A stretch of DNA of 64,000 nt from Octopus sinensis. Lineage: Eukaryota. A program made the position numbers and the translations under genes. Below the pieces are notes generated by a model. It was not told the DNA's origin, made no database searches, and saw only the letters and a program-made list of their open reading frames with translations. The DNA lies in the NCBI RefSeq assembly GCF_006345805.1, contig NC_043021.1:9052001-9116000 (forward strand), read 5' to 3'. Of this stretch, positions 60,722 through 64,000 are shown piece by piece (within the stretch, counting starts at the first letter, position 1; every line of letters starts with the position of its first letter).

Positions 60722-60905
60722 TTATGGATGAGGACAGCTGCCTCAAGAAGTGCCGATATCCAATTGCGGGAGGATCCCGTTGAAGAGGTAGATCCAGGAA
60801 GACATGGAACAAGCTGTTGAAATGTGATCTTTGGATGTCGACTCTCGTGATGGCGATGTCAAGTGACCAAGACTTCTGGTAAATTGCTGTGCTTGAGAAG
60901 ACAAG
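60722..60905 (+). mobile_element. RTE-like LINE C-terminal fragment leading into the family C 3' tail
   Basis: MDEDSCLKKCR...RGRSRKTW...DFW peptide remnant directly upstream of the ggagtggttggcattaggaagg...tgatgatga tail. Confidence 0.6.
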
Positions 60906-60910
60906 CTAAG

Positions 60911-61667
60911 TGGAATCATGGTCATGGCCTAGAGCTGGTAACATGTGAATGGTACCCATGCCGGTAACATATAAAAGGCACCCAGTGCAGTCTATGGAGT
61001 GGTTGGCATTAGGAAGGACATCCAGCTATAGAAACCAGGCCAAGACAGACTGGAAACATTACAGCCCTCTAGACTACCATCTCTGCTCAAACTGTCCAAC
61101 CTATTCCATCATGGAAAACGGATGTTATATGATGATGATGATGATGATTAGACATTTTTACAGAACAACCATAACAAAATTTTGATGGAATCATGGTCAT
61201 GGCCTAGTGCTGGTAACATGTGAATGGCACCCATGCCGGTAATATATAAAAGGCACCCAGTGCAGTCTACGGTGTGGTTGGCGTTAGGAAGGGCATCAAG
61301 CTATAGAAACCAGGCCAAAACAGACTGGAAACAGTACAGCCCTCTAGACTACCATCTCTGCTCAAACCGTCTAACCCAGGGGTGGGCAAACTTTTTTGAT
61401 CGCGGGCCGCACAGTGCGTCTTTGGAACCTTGGCAGGCCTCATTTATAAAAATCGAGTGAAAATATTTTTGAAGGCAGTTATAGACCTATAAACACACGA
61501 TTGATTGAAAGGAAATTTTGTGAAATATTCCTCTCGGCGGGCCGCATGAAAACCTATGGCGGGCCGTAGTTTGCCCACCCCTGGTCTAACCTATTCCATC
61601 ATGGAAAACGGATGTTATATGATGATGATTAGACATTTTTACAGAACAACCATAACAAAATTTTGAT
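60911..61667. repeat. 275-bp tandem duplication; second copy carries the hAT MITE
   Basis: tggaatcatggtcatggcctag at 60911 and 61186. Confidence 0.9.
61377..61583. mobile_element. hAT-type MITE (207 bp)
   Basis: Perfect TIR CAGGGGTGGGCAAACT, 8-bp TSD GTCTAACC; the empty site is visible in the paralogous duplicate at ~61093-61100. Confidence 0.92.
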
Positions 61668-62386
61668 CGCAGAAATAAGTTTTATTTGCATATGCAAAAA
61701 ATATAAACAAACATTTCAAACTAATATAGCAAAACAAGTCAAAAGAAACGTCTTAAATTTTCAAAATGTAACCACTTTATACATACACATATATATATAC
61801 ATATATACACACATAAACATCTATATATATATATGTATACACACATATACATCTATATATATATACACACATACAAACATCTATATATATTTATATACAC
61901 ACATACATCTATATATATTTATAGACACACATACACACAAACATCTATATATATTTATATACACACATACACACAAACATCTATATATATTTATAGACAC
62001 ACACACATACACAAACATCTATATATATATATATATATATACATACACCACACACACACAAACATCTATATATACACGCATAAATGTATATATATATATA
62101 TGTATATATATACACACACACATATATATGTATATATTTATGCGTTTGTTTGTTTTTTTTTTTTTAGCCCTGATGCAAATGCATTCCAACCTTGACCACC
62201 ACATCCTTTCCTCAGGCATTGCAATATCTAGGAGTGCATCCTTCACTTTGTATTCTCATTCTCAAGATTGTATAGTGTGAACGCAAGAGAGTTTTGGCTG
62301 CTATTTTCAGCTTGATGAACATTACAGCAACCCCAGTGTCGGGGTGTACACTTGAATGTCTTATATTACATAAATGCGCATATGCG

Positions 62387-62432
<46 letters not shown>

Positions 62433-62433
62433 T

Positions 62434-62471
<38 letters not shown>

Positions 62472-62775
62472 AGGAGTGGCTGTGTGGTAAGCAGCTTGCT
62501 TACCAACCACATGGTTGCATTTTGTTTTTTGTTTTCTTATCTGAGAAAAATCTGGCTTTAAAGCTATACAGTGTTAAAAAAATAACAAAAAAAAAAACAA
62601 ACAACAGCACAGCAATCTTCAGAGCAGGACAATTCCCTTTTGCCTTCTTCTTCTGAAGAATATGGTGACTTTAACACTATATGTCTTTGACCCTTCAGCA
62701 TTTAAGCCAGCCATATCAGGCTGAAATCTTCTACATGTTTTATGTTCAAACTGACCAGGTCTGGCCACTTATACC

Positions 62776-63715
62776 TATTTCTTTACTACCCACAAGGGGC
62801 TAAACACAGAGGGGACAAAACAAGGACAGACAAACGGATTAAATCGATTATATCGACCCCAGTGCATAACTGGTACTTATTTAATCGACTCCGAAAGGAT
62901 GAAAGGCAAAGTCGACCTCGGCGGAATTTGAACTCAGAACGTAGCGACAGACGAAATACCTATTTCTTTACTACCCACAAGGGGCTAAACACAGAGGGGA
63001 CAAACGGATTAAATCGATTATATCGACCCCAGTGCGTAACTGGTACTTATTTAATCGACTCCAAAAGGATGAAAGGCAAAGTCGACCTCGGCGGAATTTG
63101 AACTCAGAACGTAGTGGCAGACGAAATACCTATTTCTTTACTACCCACAAGGGGCTAAACACAGAGGGGACAAACAAGGATAGACAAACGGATTAAATCG
63201 ATTATATCGACCCCAGTGCATAACTGGTACTTATTTAATCGACTCCGAAAGGATGAAAGGCAAAGTCGACCTCGGCGGAATTTGAACTCAGAACGTAGCG
63301 ACAGACGAAATACCTATTTCTTTACTACCCACAAGGGGCTAAACACAGAGGGGACAAACGGATTAAATCGATTATATCGACCCCAGTGCGTAACTGGTAC
63401 TTATTTAATCGACTCCGAAAGGATGAAAGGCAAAGTTGACCTCGGCGGAATTTGAACTCAGAACGTAGTGGCAGACAAAATGCCTATTTCTTTACTACCC
63501 ACAAGGGGCTAAACACAGAGGGGACAAACAAGGACAGACAAACGGATTAAATCGATTACATCGACCCCAGTGCGTAACTGGTACTTATTTAATCGATCCC
63601 GAAAGGATGAAAGGCAAAGTCGACCTCGGTGGAATTTGAACTCAGAACGTAGCGGCTGACGAAATACCGCTAAGCATTTCACCCAGCGTGCTAACGATTC
63701 TGCCAGCTCGCCACC
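62776..63715 (-). repeat. Tandem array of five SINE-B bodies (185/170/184/170-bp spacing)
   Basis: tatttctttactacccacaagggg starts at 62776, 62961, 63131, 63315 and 63485; a single SINE head lies at the right end. Confidence 0.92.
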
Positions 63716-64000
63716 TTCCGGCCACTCATACTTACCCTACACAATGTCATTCTAATAATATACTGTCACATCATTGAAATCTAGAAGCAGCGAGATAATG
63801 CATAATTAATTCTAACTAATTTGAATAAATAAGCATTAAGTTTGATAGAATTATCTGAATGCGAAAGGGTTAAGGAGATTTCATTTTTTTTTTCCTCAGA
63901 TGAAAAACCACATTTGTAGTGTGTGTGTGTGTGTGTGTACACGTGTATAAGGAAAAGGATTAGAAACAATCCAAAACTGACATTGTAGGGCACCAAAATG

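Overview
Eukaryotic, microsatellite- and SINE-saturated DNA. The repeat families look like those of an octopus (coleoid cephalopod); this is recognised from memory, not from a database search. Left half (286-30.8 kb, minus strand): 18 coding exons of a CEP192/Spd-2 orthologue, assembled by hand. All 17 junctions are GT-AG and phase-consistent (4484 nt, about 1494 codons), and the gene runs off the left edge. Its introns hold tRNA-derived SINEs, MITEs, a solo LTR and remnants of mariner, Tigger, gypsy and Penelope elements. Right half (41.7-57 kb): a cluster of nine intact tRNA-Val genes (6 AAC, 3 CAC) plus one decayed copy, a 5'-truncated RTE LINE, an inverted RTE fragment, an L1/Tx1 remnant and SINE arrays. 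Best leads: (1) a triple-GAAA IRF/ISRE-type motif conserved in otherwise diverged spacers of the tRNA-Val(CAC) array; (2) all nine tRNA-Val genes carry U73, and the AAC type has a tRNA-Gln-like acceptor arm; (3) a tRNA-headed SINE carries a Penelope-type minimal hammerhead ribozyme, and one inverted pair of it forms a ~220-bp hairpin in a CEP192 intron. Most ORFs in the supplied track are repeat-derived artefacts. All coordinates were counted by eye; splice sites, tRNAs and TSDs were indexed base by base, while degraded-repeat boundaries are approximate.
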